From Marsupella aquatica (Eukaryota > Plantae > Marchantiophyta), in assembly GCA_973895155.1 (NCBI GenBank), contig OZ316897.1:11679832-11743831 (forward strand): DNA of 64,000 nucleotides, read 5' to 3'. The position numbers and the translations under genes are program-made. The notes under the pieces were generated by a model, which saw only the letters and a list, made by a program, of their open reading frames with translations, was not told the DNA's origin and did no database searches. The first letter of the stretch is position 1. Every line of letters begins with the position of its first letter. Of the stretch, positions 37,101 through 51,000 are shown one piece after another.

Positions 37101-37194
37101 CGCCATAAGCGGGTGCAATATGCCAGAAACGGTTAACAAGAATTTAGCAAAATTGACTAAGCAATGGCAATCCTGCTTCAAAACAGGCTCGTGA
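31141..37194 (+). CDS. F-box/LRR protein, 10 exons: 31141-31236, 31515-31613, 32320-32365, 32574-32767, 33034-34566, 35163-35369, 35587-35707, 36245-36464, 36765-36894, 37009-37194
   Basis: F-box WNALPEECKSMILSRL; cysteine-containing LRRs (LxxLdLsxC); GT-AG junctions join in frame. Confidence 0.85.
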
Positions 37195-39258
37195 GGAACC
37201 TTGCTTTACTTGGATCAAGCCAACGAAACAACTTTGGGGTATGCTGGAAAATAAAATTATTTGTAAGATGAACTCGGGTTTCCCCTAATGTTGATAATAA
37301 AACGCTTGAGTGGTGCACTTCAATCTGAGGATTCTGAAATCAAACTTGGGCTTCAGGTTGTAATCCAGTTGATTGATCATCACCCATGCCTGTAATTTGT
37401 ATGGAGAGCTTCCAAGCAAAACTTCAGGATTATAAGATCAAATCACAACATTTGGTCCGTGGTTTCATACTTTGTATAACTTTGCTGAAACAGTTTTGTC
37501 TTTACACTATTATGGAAAGTGATCAGGTGGCATTTGGCATTTCCTTGAATAATTAGTAAAAAGGTGTAACATCACTTCCGTAAATCTGACTCAGAGAACA
37601 CTTTTGAGTAGTGTGTTTATATTTTGTTTCAGGATTTATTTGTAAAGTTCTTGCTTGAACTCCGTGTCTTGTCAGGTGTAATATGTCAACATAATGGTGT
37701 TTGCAAAGAAGGAAGTGAAGTAGGTGTAATGAGAGTGCCTCCATGGTGTCTACGTTCATGGGTAGGGTATACCAGATTCTAGAATAGTCTTTGGAGCCCT
37801 TCGCCCATGTTCGACCCCATTCCTTCAGCATGGGTGGTTTTTTTTTTTTTGTAGAGTGGGGGCCTTAACCTCAGTTTTGGTCCTTACCGGTGTTTTTGGG
37901 CATCAGGTGTAAGTTGCACTATAGTGGGCTCAGGCATTTTCTACATAGGGCCAAGACAGTTGTTTTGGAGGCCTCTAGTCAAATTCCTCGCCATGGCCTT
38001 TCTATGTGATTTACTCCAGAGCTCTTCTTGTGCAGTTCTTGGGGACCCTTGGGCTTTAGTCTCTTCCTGGCCCTTGGGCTTTAGGCTCTTCCTGGTTTTT
38101 TTGTTGTTTGTGTTTTCTCCCCTTTACTGGGTTTCCTGGTCTTTCCCCTCTTTATTTGAACTTGGGTTCGAGCTTTTTTTTATCTGTGTAAATGGCAATC
38201 ACAGTCATTCAAATGTGGGAACAGGGCAGATTTCACTTATATGAAGGTGGAAGCACAATATGGCAAACCATCATCTATCCTAGCCATCTGCTAATGGGCC
38301 CCTTTTTGATGATTTTCCATGATTTTCTATGAAAACCTAGACATGGCTTCAAAAACTTTGAGGTGGACTCAAAAGCAGACTACTTGGTCCACTTCTATTT
38401 AGGACCTTGCATTTAGTTTATGGAGTCTTTGATTCTTTAGTGTATGCAATGGACCTGAGCTTTGCAATGGGTGAACAATGACAATTTGTGCCCCAAAAAT
38501 TCTTACAGAGCCACTTTAGGAGCACCTCCAACCTTATGGAATAGTTTGTTACTGGGTCCATTAAATACCCAGGACTGACACAGGCTATTTTTGGTTCATT
38601 TTTAGTTCACTGGGTGAATCTTGTTGCTCATGCCAAAGCTCCTCCCCAAACCCTGATTAAATAATTGGAAACATGGCTAGAAGGAGGCCAAGGGCAATGC
38701 GTGGGCATTAATGACAGTTTGCCTTGATTGTGGTTGCAAAAGGGAGCACACAAAGCCCTCCAACATGGAGAACTATTATTGCCACAATTCTACCGTGACA
38801 AGACCTCAACACACTTGAAGCCAAAGAGATTTTCAATCCTACTAATTTTAGTAAAAGTAGATATCTACAACTATAATAAGGGATCCCGTGTTTTTTCGTC
38901 CTTCGCCCGAATACAAAAAAGCTCATAGGCAAGAAAGATCCATTTAGCTGTTTTCCCTAACTATTGATGGAGGAAATGGACACCCCTAGTGCATATGTGC
39001 TTCCCCATGCTCCCCTGTAAATGCCCCGGACTGACTCCCTTTGGGCCAGCCCTCCTTGGGCCGTGCAACGCATGGGCACAGGGCTTGTTTTTTCATAATA
39101 ACAGAATCCAAATCTTGGCTGTGCATTCTTCTTCATGAATGCCATTAAAATTGTGAGGAGAAAAATCACAACGAGCAGTAGGAGCAGGGCATTTTGAGTA
39201 GTAATGCCCTGAAAACAAGAATTTCAAGTTGAGTTTTGAGGGGCTATTATTGCACATA

Positions 39259-39363
39259 ATGCGTTGCCAATTGGATCTTGATATACTTAAAGGCCTAAGA
39301 GCATCTCCAGGGCAGGGCTTTGCTTAGGCCATTAAGTGTATCAAGATCCAATTGGCAACGCAT
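39259..39363. other. 105-nt near-perfect hairpin (41-bp arms, 23-nt loop)
   Basis: Arms 39259-39299 and 39323-39363 are reverse complements with 2 differences (one G:U-compatible). Confidence 0.9.
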
Positions 39364-40160
39364 GAAAGAAAGCCATGAGGGGAACTTAAGACACTATGTG
39401 TTCACTTTATTCAGAATCATTTCTCTCCCATATACTAAGACTTGAAAACTTTGTTCAAGTGGTAGAAATTAAAGTCATTGGTTAATCTAAGAGATAACAG
39501 AAATCAAAAATTAAAAGGTTTCAAAATGAGTTCACAATAAGATACCAAAAATGAAAGAGGTCCAAAAATTAATAAAAAATCTATATGATACAAAGGATGT
39601 CCCTTGGTAAGGCAAATTGAAATACAAAAAAACATGAAAGGTGTATCCACCATACAGGCTTAAAAAAAAAGCCCCACAAACATAAAGAAAATAAAATGCA
39701 GAAGTCGGCGTATAGGCTTCAAAACATAAGCCCCACAAACATAAAGAAAATAAAATGAAGAAGTTGGCGTTGCGAAACTTGGTCCTGGACATAGATGTTG
39801 TGGTGGCATAACGCGGCACATGCCACATGCGGAGTCATTTCGCCATCGCCGTCGGACGGACCTTGCGAGTCACCGTCGCCGTCGCCGTCGCCGTCCCGCC
39901 CCTTCCCTCCGCGTCCCCGGGGCCAAATCGACTGTACGCTCGCGGCCATGGCTTCCTCGCTCGGGCCACTTCGTTGTTGAGCCTCGTCGAGGCTGGAGTG
40001 GAGGACTCGATCGATTGATCGAAGCGCTCATTCTTCACCAACTCCGACAAGGTCCAATTTCCTTCCTCTTCCACCAGATCTCATCTCCTCGTTTTGCGTC
40101 TTTGTTGCCATGTCAAACTTGCTTTCGCGACAAAACTAGATCTGATTTCGTTTACCTCAA

Positions 40161-40228
40161 TCTCTCTCTCGCTCTCTTTGTCTTTGTCTGTGTCTGTGTC
40201 TGTGTGTGTCTGTGTCTGTGTCTGTGTC
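40161..40228. repeat. (TC)/(TCTGTG)n microsatellite in the probable 5'-UTR intron of VHA-a
   Basis: Read directly; followed by a GGCAG acceptor at about 40239. Confidence 0.85.
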
Positions 40229-40629
40229 TTTCGTGGCAGGGAAGCCAATTGGATTCGAGCCCCGGGTGAGAAGAGCGAAGCGCTCGCTCTTTCTACTTCG
40301 GGAGCTCGAGCCGGGGTTTTGTTTTGTTGACTAGTACTCATCGTCATTCGTCATGATTCTTTCAGGGTATTGCGATCTGTAGGAGAAGTAGACGGTAGGA
40401 TTGGGTGAAGCTGTTCGGACCTGACTTTGAGGGAAAGATGTTTGGTGGAGGATGATGATGGTCCGACCCCGAGTGCGTTTCACGGATGCGCTTCTAAAGC
40501 CTGGTAGAGAGTAGATTAGGTCGTTGGCGGAGGATTGAATTTGAATTGGAAAGGAGGAGGCGAACCTAGAGGAGCGGGAGGAGGAGATTCGGTTTCAGAG
40601 TGTTGGTTTGACCAGACCGGAGCGGCAAG

Positions 40630-43600
40630 ATGGTGAGGATGGAGCTCTTCCGCTCGGCGGAGATGAATCTGGTGCAGCTGATCATCCCGTCGGAGTCTGC
40701 GCATGACACCGTGACGTACCTTGCGGAGTTGGGACTTATTCAGTTCAAGGATGTGCGGATCCATCCATCCTTCCTCCTTGCTTCTCTTCCCTTTCCTCTC
40801 GTCGGATGGAATAATTAGGGCTGAATTCCTTGGCTTTTTTCTTTTTCTTTCTCGTTCCGGACAGAGAGGCTGTTCCGGGGCTTCTTCAGGCAATCTAGAT
40901 TAATGCCATCGATTTGTTCAGCTCTGGGTGTACTTAAGTGCAAGTGGTTGAGTGATCTCGGATCCTAGTGCAGAAACTTTTATGTGCTTGCCATGTTGCT
41001 CATCTCATTGAGGCTCACTTGTTCGCTTCAGGATGCCTCCATTTGATTAGTAGGCCATGTTCTGGTATTCTTTAGATTTTTATCTGATTGTGACCTCACC
41101 TCTGCCCATCTGGTTAGTCTAGGCATGTATCTTGGTTTGGATGTGATGTGATGTTCGTTGCATGTTCTTTCTCGAGGGGCCCTACTGAAAGTAGTGCTTG
41201 AATCTGGTTTGGATGGCAGCTCAATCCGGACAAGAGTCCCTTTCAGCGAACGTATGCCAATCAGGTACAGGAACTTGGGGACTTTTTTGGACTCTTGTTT
41301 GTCAAATGGAACCTCTTAACCACTTACGCAATGCTCATTGTTGGGAAACTTACTTTTTGAGTTTGTCAAGGTTTAGTCAACACCCATGGTTGGAAAAAGC
41401 GGAATTCGGCTCCTTTTTCGCATGGTGGACTCTAAAGGCGGGGTTGGTGAATGACAGGTGAAGCGCTGTGGGGAGATGGCAAGAAAATTGCGCTATTTCA
41501 GAGATCAAACAGGCAAAGCGGGTCTAAATCCAATTGCTAGACCTGCACTAGAGGGCGACGTCGATCTAGATGAACTTGAGGTATAGTGCGGTGTAAATGA
41601 GTTATTCTTATATCACTTTGGATGCGTAGACAAAGCCGTCTCACCACAACAAATTTGAATAAAGGAGCTATACTCCATTAACGAAGCAGCACAACGCGTG
41701 GCTTTTATGGTCGTAATGTTGTCTTGAAAACCTAGAACTCTCTAAACACCAATGCCGTGGTAGTTCAATTTTTTTAAATCCCACTCCATTGCTACGTATT
41801 CAGGTGAAACTTGGTGAGCTGGAGGGCGAACTTCTTGAAATACTGGCAAACAGTGAAAAATTGAAGCGAACCCACAGTGAGCTTACGGAGCTCCATCTGG
41901 TACTGCAAAAGGTGAGAATTCAGTTTTGCCCGTAAGATAGTGTCCTTTGCTTTCCTCGTTGCTGTGGTTCTTCTATGGCTCCTGCTTTTTATTCAGGACA
42001 GGGAATTTTGGTGAGGAATTTGGAAAGCAATTCGCAAAATATAGAGGCAAATAACGTGCAACCTGTCATGGTTTGGCCGTCTTACTTCTTGTGGTGTGGC
42101 ATATAGGCGAGTTCATTCTTCAGCTCAGCCCGTGATAATGCAACTGAACAGCAGCGAAGGGAATTGGAAGGTGCACCAGGAACAGGGGAAGATATGGATA
42201 GGCCTCTTCTCCTAGAACAGGTGCAGTGCTATATGCTGCTTTGGTGATTAATTACACACCAGTCAAATAGCAAGACGAGAATGGCCTACTTACAATGATT
42301 GTAATGTATGAATGGATAGAGAAGAGAACATCAATCTCTGGTTTTTCTCGTCGTCACCTTTGAAGGTGTACCGTAAATTTGCATGGAGCTGCTTCATGAG
42401 CATGAGTGTCCCTTTCAATTTTACACCTGGATTGGGCTTGATCTTTCAAAGGTGGCCTTCATCTGTCGAGGACTAAACATCAATACTTTTGGAAAGGTTT
42501 CTCGGCTTGTATATTTCCCCAACCCTGTTAATCTTGGCGATTGAGGGCACGCTAGTGTTGTCTATCTAATGTGCCATTTGTATACAGGAGATGCAGACTG
42601 AGCCATCGAAGCAAGTAAGGTTGGGGTATATATCGGGTGTTGTACCAAAAGCCAAGGCTGTGCCTTTCGAACGCATTCTATTCAGAGCCACTCGTGGAAA
42701 CATGTTTCTCAAGCAGGCACCCATTGAGGAGCCAGTTGTTGACCCAGCGTCAGGGGAAAAGGTACCAAATTCCTCTTTGTTTTTCTTCCGGGAAGGTTGA
42801 GTCATAGATTAATAACTTCACTCCATTATGGTAACCCTCTAATACGCATGATCAGGTTACCTGTTAGGGTGTTTGCATCGCATGGGATGCGAGATGGGTT
42901 CATAAAATATTTTCTTGATATGTATGTTAAGGTTCCGTTTTCTTCTACCGCTTCGCTGTGAAACTCATTGACAGTCCTTCTGATGTTCAGGTTGAGAAAA
43001 TCGTATTCGTCGTATTTTTTGCCGGAGAGAGGGCTCGCATGAAAGTTTCGAAGATCTGTGAAGCTTTTGGAGCAAATCGTTACCCATTTCCAGAAGAGCC
43101 TAGCAGGCAACGGCAAATAAAGGCTCAGGTGAGGTCATTGTACAATTGTTTTCATTGCTTTCGCCCCCTAAGTGCTGTTAGTATGTTTCCCACAGGTTCT
43201 TACTGAGAGCGTTCCTTAGGCACCGGCTCCTGTGGTTGTGTTGCACACAACACAACATTGACATTCGGTTTTGTTCTGCAGGTAGCATCCAGATTAGCCG
43301 AGTTACAAACCACTCTTGAGGCTGGCTCTCATCATCGTGACAATGTTTTAACAACCATCGGTTACAATTTGGAGAAATGGACTGTTTTGGTAAGTCGGAT
43401 ATCTGGCTGCTGATAGTGGGACAATGACCATCTTACTTGATTGGTGACTTCGTCAGTTTTTGCTCAATCCAGCACCTGATGGGACTGTGGTTTGCCATCG
43501 TTGTGATGAAGGTTCGGCGTGAGAAGGCAGTTTATCACACTCTTAACCAGCTGAGTATTGATGTAACGAGAAAGTGTTTGGTGGCTGAGGGATGGTGCCC

Positions 43601-46600
43601 AATTGCTGCTAAGTCTCAGGTAGATAAACGTTGAAAACCGTTGCTACTGAAACCGTTATCTGGATATTAGCTATTACTTTCAATTCATTACACATTCCAG
43701 AACTGGCAATACTTTCACCTGTTTGGGCTGTGTGATTAGCAGGATTTGTTCTGGTTTCCTGTCCAAGAATTGAGTCTCGGTGTGGCTCTTTTTGACAACG
43801 TCGTGGTGCTCATGTTTGGACGAGCAGATTCAAGATGCTTTGCAGCGGGCAGCTTTCGACAGCAACTCACAAGTAGGGACAATTTTCCAGGTTCTTAAGA
43901 CAAGCGAACAACCGCCTACCTACTTCAAAACCAACAAATTCACAGATTCCTTCCAGAATATTGTGGATGCATACGGGTATGCACTCCTGTTATACTCATT
44001 TTGTCAAAGGCGAACATTTGTCCATTTCGCTGGCCAACAAGTCGCGAATCCTTGCTGTCTGGTTGCATCATTCGCTACCATTGCTGTCCAGACTGCCTTG
44101 GAATTGGGTTTTCGAATTCCTGGTCAACTTTGACTAAAAAGATACCTTTAAGGTGGGAGACCAAGATTTTAGGGCTATTGAGTTTTAACCTATGGGTCTT
44201 TGTCAAGGCCTTTCATTACTTTTCTGATCTTGGACTTCTGTAATACCAGGGTGGCACGCTACCAGGAGGCCAATCCTGCTGTTTTCACCATAGTGACCTT
44301 CCCTTTCTTGTTTGCCGTAATGTTTGGTGATTGGGGTCATGGGTTGGCCCTACTAGCGGCGGCATTTTATCTTTTGTACAATGAAAGAAAGTTCTTGAGT
44401 CAGGTAAGAGAATTGAAATCGAATCAATATTTACATACTTAAATTTCTCGTCCTTCCCTTATTGGTGACCTGGTTAGATTACACTGGTGACTTTATGCAC
44501 ATACACTTCGGAGTCTATTTAGGACGGGGCTCTCAGTCTGCAACAGCTCCCTTACTAACCTTGGCAAATTTTAGGACTTTTTTTCATGTTGTCTCTTCTC
44601 TTGATGCGGTCTTGACAAGCTTTGACTCCTGTGCAGAAATTGGGAGACATCATGGAAATGGCATTTGGAGGAAGATATGTGATTTTACTAATGGCCATTT
44701 TCTCCATTTACACTGGCTTCATCTACAACGAATTCTTCTCGGTCCCGTTTAACATCTTTGGGAACTCAGCCTATACATGTAGAGATGGCATCGATATCCC
44801 GTGGGATCAGTGCACGTAAGTTTCTCTTCTCATTCCATCGCTGGATTCTTGTGGTTCTACAAATCCTCAACCTCTACGTTTAAAATCTCATCGTCGAAAG
44901 TGGTTGACAGGTCGTATTGTAAAACTTTAAGGCACTCAAGTACTTTTGAGATAGAGTTTGCAGTGAATCTCAAAGCTTGAAAACTTTCTAGAAATTCTAC
45001 TGTGGCTGATCGCGTGAGTGATTGAGTGAATAAGGTTACTGATGCCAAATCGATCGGATCTAAAGGGTTTTCAACACAAGATTACCAAGGGGAGTTCTTT
45101 CACAAATGAAGGAGCCTTGCCGGATGAGGAATTTGCTAGATCTTCAATGGAAACAAACTCATGCTAATTGCAAAAATGGATGGGGTTTTCTAGGGAATGT
45201 TGTAAGGATCTCAAGAGCCTGAGTAGCGATTGTGCCCCGTACTTCCGCTGTCTGAAGTCTGTTGTTGAACGGGTTTTCTGCACTTGCACATGGCCCATGG
45301 TTTAAAACTGCACCAAATGATAATGGTCTGGACCATATATTGACTTTAGGGTCTCCACTTCTTTGCAGATCGGCTACTGGTGTGGGCTTGGAGAAACTGG
45401 GAAATGATCCATACCCCTTCGGTGTTGATCCGGCGTGGCATGGATCTCGATCAGAACTACCTTTCTTAAATTCGTTGAAGATGAAAATGTCAATTCTGCT
45501 TGGCGTTACTCAAATGAATCTTGGGATTCTCCTCAGCTTCCTGAATGCCAAGTTCTACCGTAGCAGTCTCGATATTTGGTACGACATCTACTTTTTTCTT
45601 TGGATTTTACCATTATGGACCCTAAAGTCTAGCTGGATTTGCAAGTTCTGTATATGATTAGTAGCTATCGCATTCTATTCAGACGATTGTCTTCTGTGTT
45701 ACTAGTTTTGAATACTGACGATGGGAAACTGACTATGTGATTCTTGGCAGGTACCAGTTTATACCGCAGATTCTATTTCTTAATTCGCTTTTTGGATACT
45801 TGTCCTTGCTCATCGTCATCAAGTGGATTACAGGGTCTCAGGCAGATCTGTATCATGTGATGATATACATGTTTTTGAGCCCCTTGGATCCTCTTGCTGA
45901 AAATCAACTATTCCCAGGCCAATCAACTATCCAGGTATTGACCAGTGTCTGATGTCAAGGCAACATTAAGCAATACTGTTAATCATTTCTGTCCTCTTCG
46001 TGGTAAAATTTATTTGGATGAAAGATTCTAGTCCTTTTGACATGTCTCGTGCAGGTTATATTGCTTGCAGTTGCATTCTGTGCCGTGCCGTGGATGCTCT
46101 TGCCCAAACCTTTTATTCTCAAGAAGCAGCACGAACAGGTATACCCTCTGAACATCTTCCACTGCTGAATACTTTCAATCTCTCGTTGTGAATCTCACAT
46201 AGAGCCGAAAGCCTTTTTGACGCTCGAGAGTTGAAAAGTGTGTACTTGTAGCTACAAGTCTAATCCTTGACACTGGTGGCCCTTATGACGAGCAAGATGA
46301 TAAGATTAGGTCACTGAATTGTTTGCTTGTCTCGTTCTTTTGGCACATGCCCCTTGCTTCATGATGTATGTATACAAAATCAATCAACTTTATAACGTTT
46401 CTAATACATTTCACATTTTATTTGTTTCAAGTATTATATAGAACTCAATTGAACTATAAATGCGACCGTTCGGTATGGCAGCGAGGCGATACATGAATTT
46501 TAGTGTTTCATTTGCCGACGGGAGCACACCAGGTACCTGTACAGAGGGTTACGGTCTCGATTACTGTCCACGTTTTACTGAGTAGTTGACAACGTGATCT

Positions 46601-47427
46601 GCAGAAAATGGCTGGACGTATGTATGGAGTACTAGGAGTATCAGACACAGATTCTGTGGATGATGAGGAAGAGCACGAGGAATTTGAGTTCGGTGAGATA
46701 TTTGTTCATCAAATGATCCATACGATCGAATTCGTTCTAGGCGCAGTCTCCAACACTGCCTCATATCTCCGTCTCTGGGCTCTGAGGTGAGGATTTTGTA
46801 ACCTGAACCTAGGAGCATAGTTTGTTTGTTCGCCTGTCTGGCTTTGCTGAGGGATGCGTTGAGGCATACAATTCAGTTATGAAAGTTTTGGCATTGTTTC
46901 TAACTTTTATGTGTTGATTGTGTTGCTTTCGATGCAGTCTTGCCCATGCACAGCTGTCTGTTGTGTTCTACGAAAGGGTTTTGCTGCTTTCATTCGGGTT
47001 AGTAACTCTAAGCCGAAACGTTTTGTTACTGAAAACCTTGCCGGATATTTGTACCTGAGAATGTGGATTTCGTCTTGTGTTGAAAGTTTGTGAAACTAAA
47101 TTGTCTACTTAAACTAGAATAGGTCAAACTGGCCAAAATGATTAGATGTGTGAAAGACTCTGTAGAGTATCCTCGCCGTCTGTCCTCCTGTTTTTACAAT
47201 TGATTGCTGTCAAAATTTGCAGGTATTCGAACTGGATCATTCGTCTTATTGGAATTATAGTCTTCCTTATTGCCACCATAGGGGTGCTATTGCTCATGGA
47301 GACCCTAAGTGCATTCTTGCATGCACTTCGACTTCACTGGGTTGAGTTTCAGAACAAGTTTTACTTTGGTGACGGTTACAAGTTCCAGCCATTTGCTTTC
47401 GCTGCACTCTCAGAAGAGGACGATTAG
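40630..47427 (+). CDS. VHA-a: V-type proton ATPase subunit a, 18 exons (first 40630-40752, last 47223-47427)
   Basis: [97 protein letters not shown]; GT-AG introns join in frame. Confidence 0.97.
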
Positions 47428-47472
47428 GTGCATCTAGGCATCTGCCATAGAGGACCTGATATAGAATTGTAA

Positions 47473-47566
47473 TATTGATTTAGAATGTGTCATGATGTGT
47501 GAAATAATGGATGTTTGTATTATTGATTTAAAATGTGTCATGATGTGATAGATAATGGATGTCTGT
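47473..47566. repeat. 48-bp tandem duplication in the VHA-a 3' UTR
   Basis: tattgattta(g/a)aatgtgtcatgatgtg...ataatggatgt, twice. Confidence 0.8.
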
Positions 47567-48030
47567 CTTGCACTTACATTCTAGATATGAGTAATCTGCG
47601 ATCCTGTTAACGGTTGTATTTTTTTATGTATGTACTGTCTTGATCTTTTTTCTAGAGGAACAGTAGGCATGAGGGATCTTATTTGTAAATGTTTCAAAAC
47701 ATTGAAATTGCGCCGGGGTACCATTCGGAACTTCGGGACTTCCTTAGGTGGATGCATCGGAAAACTTAGTGAAATTGCGTTCGGAAAATGGCCAAATCTA
47801 TACTAAAACCGTCGATGAAAATCGCAGTTGGTTTTACCAGATCACAGTAGCACTTGGACTTTACAATTTCACGTGATCAGTTGAACTGGGGTACATTAAA
47901 GTGTGACTAGTGCTGTGTATGCGCATGGTATTTAGCAGAATATATTTTATTCAGCATTACAGCACAGGGTGGTTTTGTCCAATCCACGATTGGGATTCCA
48001 CGGTCACTGATGATTATACTGAAGTAAAAG

Positions 48031-51000
48031 CTAGTCCTGTGGAGGAGTAACATCGGTGGTTAAATGCTCCTCTGCTGCAACTGTAGATCCTGTTGGGTCC
48101 TGGTCTCCATCTGAGGTCATGGTCGCGGGTGTATCCATTGGTTCTAGATCAGGGGGTAAGGGAGGAGCAGCACTAGTAGATTGTGGAGAAGCAGTGGGAG
48201 CAGAGTCTACTGTCGCAGAGGATGGTCTCCTTCGAGTCGGGCTGGTAGAAGGCACGGTGGACGCTCTCCTGGAGTAGTTAGCTCCAGTAACGATTCGAGT
48301 CGGGCTGGGGGAAGGCACGGTGGACGCTCTCCTGGAGTTGCTAGCTCCACTAACGGTTCGAGTCGGGCTGGGGGAAGGCACGGTGGACGCTCTCCTGGAG
48401 TTGCTAGCTCCACTAACGGACTGCCTCTGAGTAGTAAGATTGCTAGGAGGACCATTTAGCTCAGAGATGTTAGGGGCGACCTGGCTCCCAAGAAAGGTAG
48501 TTTCAAATCTGGATGATTTTCTGCGTTGGGTGTTGACACCAGCTGGAAGGAAAGTAGAGCTCCTTCTCTCAGTACCAGAGGTTGAGCCAGCAGCTGGGTC
48601 AGCTTTCGCAAAAGTTGATTTTCTCCTTGGCATGGGTTCAGGCCCTTCGCCAGGAGGATCAACAGGAACTGGGTCAGCAGTCTCGACTATCCTGAGCGAC
48701 GATTTCCTGCGACGAAATGCAGCAGGAGGAACCGGATCAGCACCTGGTAATTTGGCTCCAGTAGCAGCGCCAGACGTAGCACCAAGCTGAGTACTAGCCG
48801 GAGTCGAGTCTACGAGCTGGATGGAAGGGGATGGTGACTGACGACCGCTGGCATCATTTCCTGGATCTGGCGAAGATTCCTCAGAAAGTGTTGGTAGCGT
48901 CGTATTTGGGGCAGCCAGGGGAGGACTCAATGATCTGCGTCGGTCACTTAAAACTGTTGGAGCGTCCACGCCGGTGATTTTCTCAGTAGCTAAAGTAGAA
49001 TTTTCGATTTGAAGTGACAAGACCCTGGGATGGGCACTAGGAGGCCCCGGGCTCGATGAATTCCGACGGAGGGAGTCAGGAGTATGCTCGGGTTGAGCGG
49101 TAGCTAAGTGCGATACGGGACTCAATGATCTCCTACGGATGGGAGAATCTGCTCGGGGAATGAGCGAACAACCGTCAATTAGTACAGGTGCCGGTGACGT
49201 GCTGGTTGTCATGGCAGTAGGGCTGGAACCTCTCCTGCCAAGAGGAATGGGGCCAGTGCGACTGGTCTCCGCTTTGGCTTTGGCAAGATCAGCTGAAAGC
49301 TTTAGGTCTAAGGCTTCGGCAGTTCGAGGTACCCAGGACGTACCCAGCTTTTCTCTGGACAAAAATGGATCACGGGAGGTTCCCATGTCGTTAAGAACAT
49401 CGGAGAAATTAGTGACCTTGGGGTTAGCCGGAGGTTTCTGGCTGGTTAGCTGAAAGGCACTAGTTCTTCTGAGATTCGGGACACTCTTTGGTCTCCTTGA
49501 AGGTATCTCCTCAACAGGGCCCACTTCTTCATAGAGAGATTCAGAAAATTGGACTCCAGGCGATCGGACTAATTCCTCGCCGGAGGAATCTTCGAAGATA
49601 CTCTGAGTCCGGCCTCGAGGCAGGTAGTTAGAAGTTGTCGACAGGCGGGAGTCTCTCTGCAAATTTTGTATTATTTCGTCCTTCTTCCTCAGCTCCTTCT
49701 TCATTTCACTAACTAGAATATTCAAGTCCACGATTATGGCTCTGTCTTTGTCACTCTGTGGTTCTGGGGACCAGCGACTGTTTTGAATAAAGGTGTAGCG
49801 TGAAGTTGCTGCTGCTGGAATGCTGCCCCGGTGGAGATAGGGCTTTAGAATATGAGCTACTGGAGTGCTGGAACGGAACTGCTCCCTGACTTTCTCGTCT
49901 TCTTCAAACAGTTCAGTTTCATTTATTACTGGAGAGGAGGCTCTGGAGAGTTCTGCTGAGGAAACAAGCGAGGCCTGTATCTTGCTGGATGGCGTATAAT
50001 TTCTGGTTGATCTCGAACACCTGGAGATGGAGTTGCTTTGGTTGTCCTGTTGGGGTGAAGTCTTTATTGGCCTCACGTAGTCTATTGTTGACCGGAGCCG
50101 CCTTTCCGGCTTGGCAGCAATAGCTTTCCAATAGGTAACATCGCCCTGCAAGCGAGCACAACAATCTCATGGACAGATTAATTGTCCATTCACTGATAGA
50201 TTCATTGAGACAGGAACTGAAAGTTGAGGTCGTGTCTGAGTTCCACGATTAACCCATTATTTTGCTTCACTGTGACCGACTCAGGGCTAGACCAATCAGG
50301 TGTGCGTTCCTTAGAAATGTTCATCCCGTTCTAGTGAAACCATTGACGGTGCCTAAGACTGAGTCGCTGCCAAGTCTGCTGGACAGTCGATGAATGGCAC
50401 ATCAACACGCGCTGAACGATACAAGGACGGGGTGTTGCCGCATCATCCCAAGATGTCCTAAACAGGGCTGAAATGAATGCTTGACGTGACTCTAACAAAA
50501 TTTGAAAGACAGGAAACGCAGAAATAGACGATGGACAATTAGTGAGGAGAAAGAACAGGGATACGCAAATCAAGACGGCCATCTAACATTTGACGGGCCC
50601 TTCTTTAGTTCTTGGTGATATCGAGGGTAAGTTACGAGTCAATGGACTCTCGTTTTACGAAAGGACCTGGATGTAGTGAATTGAGAAAAGGAAGCGGCTG
50701 AGCCAAAGGAGTCATGCCAATTTTAGCAGATAAATACACTTCCAAAAATTCTCGCTTGTCAAAATCATGTAAGGTGACAAAATTTCATGTGGACTGGATG
50801 CACACAGTTGCTGGGAATTAAAGCGAAAATCACTTAGAAATTACCTCTGACGTCATTGATCAGCTCTATTGAGCTTCCTAGAAGCTAGGCGATGGGTTTC
50901 GGAACACACCTGTAACTTCTGGGTCATGAAGGCCAAGCGTTTTGTATTGCGTTGACCGTCGTTATACTCGTGCAGCATGTCTAGATTTTGGCGCATATGT

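Noticed and set aside
37690-38190. Possible LINE fragment with a poly(T) run at about 37837
   Set aside because: No RT or endonuclease motif and no TSD; evidence is too weak.
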